Source: Trypanosoma brucei
Taxonomy: Eukaryota
Assembly: GCA_000002445.1 (NCBI GenBank)
Contig: CM000208.1
Location: 3,104,001-3,168,000 of the forward strand
Direction: 5' to 3'
Length of the DNA: 64,000 nucleotides
The position numbers were made by a program, and so were the translations under genes. The notes beneath the pieces were generated by a model that did not search any database, was not told the DNA's origin, and saw only the letters and a list, made by a program, of their open reading frames with translations. This document shows positions 62,257-64,000 of this stretch, piece after piece (the stretch's first letter is position 1; the number at the start of each line of letters is the position of its first letter).

Positions 62257-62711
62257 TCTTTTTTTTTTTACCTTGCTTGTCGCGAGGTTGATGTTGCTGC
62301 AGCCGCTCGCTTCCACTACCCGTATTCACGTACGGTTGCCTTCACTTTCACCTGGACTTTATTGCTACCCGCAGGTTTCCAACGAACCAGAAAAATAAAA
62401 CGACGAAAGAGGGGAAACCAGAGCGCATACATGAGGGATCAGCAAACAACAATTGCAACAAGCATCTGAAGAGCAAAAGTTACCTACGCTCCATTTTGAA
62501 GTGGGTTCACAGAAAAAAAAATGACTCTAAACGGGTTATTAGCGCTATAAATATAGTAATTTAAAGAGATTATGTGCACCCACACGACTTCTTCCTCCAC
62601 CCTTATCTTCCTTCATTACCGCTTATTTACTTATTCGCACCACTAGGATAATCGTATTATCTTTTCTACTCGGTATGATTTTATTTCTGCGAGGCGGCGC
62701 TACCACACCCT

Positions 62712-64000
62712 TCAGCACATGGTATCGGCTATCACTTCGTCGTCGAGATCCGCATCAAAGTGTCCAACTACACACCACTGTGTACTCATTTCCCGATGGA
62801 AGTCGGACATTGAAGAAATGGTTTGTGGAAACTGCGCCGACACAGCGTCATAGAAGTACTGCGATGTACTCATAAGAACCTCATCATTTGCGTCAACACG
62901 ACGCAGTAATGGCGCATAAACTTCCATCTTCAGCTCGCTCGTTGGCACCAGGCCAGTTCCGACAAGCGCCGCAGTCGCGCGCAATATCCAAGTGACACTC
63001 AACTTGTCGCTGATTCCAAAACCCGCCGCAGAGCGAACAGTGAACATAGCTGCATTGACGAAGCTAGCATCCACACGTTCAACACGGCTGGCAATCACCG
63101 AGTACGAAAACGCAAAGCCACCGAGAGCGCTCGTACCCTTTGTGGACATCATATTCAGGGCTGTATCCCTCAGGGTAGAAAATTGTTCATCTGTAATACT
63201 GGCAGACCTACAGAGGGCGGCAACGGCAATACCAGCTGCAACAGCCGTCGCCGGTGTCTCAGCACGTTCCCATATAGGTTTCACAATATCCATCAATTTT
63301 GTAATATGGCTCAGGGTTTTACTGAGATTGCTGTAGCGCATGACTACGGAGATGAAGCGGCACATAACACCACGCAGTAAAGGTGAGTCAACGGCCCCTT
63401 TCTTTGCCACGACAGTGCCAAGAATAAGGTCAGCGTACCTCTCCGAGCGCTGCAGCAATTGGATCACAACGCGGAGCGCCAACACTCGAGCCTCCCCGAC
63501 GTCACAGAGCGCTGCATTGAACATGGCGAGTGCCATGGTTCCCTCCACCATCGCCTCCTTACCACTTGCAGGGTAGCCCATTAGTTGAAGACATAATCTC
63601 ACCACTGCAAGAACAACACCCCCATCGTTGCGCACAAAAAGAACTTTCGAGCAGCGTCCAGCGACGGTGTTTGTCGACCCAGCACTTACACGGCGTGGAG
63701 CGTACGTTAAGAGATCCTGGATGCATTCCACAGCCTGAACCTTTTGCATGGATGTACCGTAGTCAAGACCCCTGTTGTAGAAGGCCATAAGGGAGTCAAA
63801 GAGACGTGCTTGCCCGCCCTCACCGAGTACACTAAACTCGGGTTCCGTATCCGTGACCATGGCACGAGCGGTGACACCTAGAGTCTCTTGGAATACTCCC
63901 AGGTACTGTAGTAGATACCGTCCCACAGCGCGTTTGCTGGTGGTAAGATCTTGCTGCTCCTCCTCTTCCAGCGAGTCAACAATACGCCGTTCAATGGAGT
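62712..64000 (-). CDS. Helical-repeat (ARM/HEAT-like) protein, 5'-truncated by the window edge. At least 429 aa are visible.
   Basis: The ORF-track ORF 62712-63926 begins on a GTG. The minus-strand frame stays open upstream to base 64000 (…SIERRIVDSLEEEEQQDLTTSKRAVGRYLLQY…), so the true start lies beyond the window. Sequence is Ala/Leu/Val-rich with paired amphipathic helices. Confidence 0.6.
   Translation of the reverse strand, partial: SIERRIVDSLEEEEQQDLTTSKRAVGRYLLQYLGVFQETLGVTARAMVTDTEPEFSVLGEGGQARLFDSLMAFYNRGLDYGTSMQKVQAVECIQDLLTYAPRRVSAGSTNTVAGRCSKVLFVRNDGGVVLAVVRLCLQLMGYPASGKEAMVEGTMALAMFNAALCDVGEARVLALRVVIQLLQRSERYADLILGTVVAKKGAVDSPLLRGVMCRFISVVMRYSNLSKTLSHITKLMDIVKPIWERAETPATAVAAGIAVAALCRSASITDEQFSTLRDTALNMMSTKGTSALGGFAFSYSVIASRVERVDASFVNAAMFTVRSAAGFGISDKLSVTWILRATAALVGTGLVPTSELKMEVYAPLLRRVDANDEVLMSTSQYFYDAVSAQFPQTISSMSDFHREMSTQWCVVGHFDADLDDEVIADTMC

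Noticed and set aside
62257-62316. Upstream in-frame ATG extending PWP2 by 20 aa
   Set aside because: The extension (MEASGCSNINLATSKVKKKR) has no counterpart in PWP2 orthologues, whose N-terminus aligns from METNFQ. The true start depends on the unmapped SL acceptor site, so the longer form is not excluded.
1-64000. Retroelements (ingi/RIME/SLACS-like) or subtelomeric gene-family members (VSG, RHS, MASP, trans-sialidase)
   Set aside because: No long ORF has reverse-transcriptase, endonuclease or surface-antigen signatures. All genes look like single-copy housekeeping genes, consistent with a chromosome-internal core region.

Overview
This window looks like nuclear DNA from a kinetoplastid, most likely a Trypanosoma species and African-trypanosome-like in style. 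From about 5.6 kb to the right edge, 21 protein-coding genes sit head-to-tail on the minus strand, tightly packed (intergenic gaps 0.3-1.6 kb), with no introns visible. Intergenic regions carry polypyrimidine tracts and microsatellites, as expected for trans-splicing and polyadenylation. This is one directional polycistronic transcription unit (PTU).

Genes I can assign from sequence motifs:
- UTP-glucose-1-phosphate uridylyltransferase (UGP)
- ALG1 beta-1,4-mannosyltransferase
- a GPI mannosyltransferase II (PIG-V/GPI18)-like multi-pass membrane protein
- ARPC1, the p41 subunit of the Arp2/3 complex
- a PWP2/UTP1-like WD40 protein of the small-subunit (SSU) processome
- a Roadblock/LC7 dynein light chain
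- a mitochondrial carrier protein
- a pentatricopeptide-repeat (PPR) protein
- a PhoD-like metallophosphatase
- an IQ-motif protein
- a large protein with a C-terminal cyclophilin domain
- a transmembrane protein combining a J-domain with an alpha-kinase-like domain
- a possible Nrap/NOL6-like protein

Several further genes are large hypotheticals. The gene at the right edge is truncated by the window.

The left 5.6 kb has no long ORF. It follows what looks like the 3' end of a plus-strand gene (1-393) and precedes the 3' end of the minus-strand PTU. I read it as a candidate convergent strand-switch / transcription-termination region. It contains an 18-bp perfect inverted repeat and a pair of mutually complementary (AC)n/(GT)n microsatellites.

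Other structures that the gene models do not explain:
- a ~100-bp microsatellite-based palindrome directly after a stop codon
- a G/C-rich intergenic hairpin
- recurrent G or C homopolymer runs of 10 nt or more
- a compound (CAA)14(TCAA)11 repeat upstream of UGP

I found no rRNA, tRNA, CRISPR array or recognisable mobile element. All product calls come from remembered family motifs. No database search was possible.
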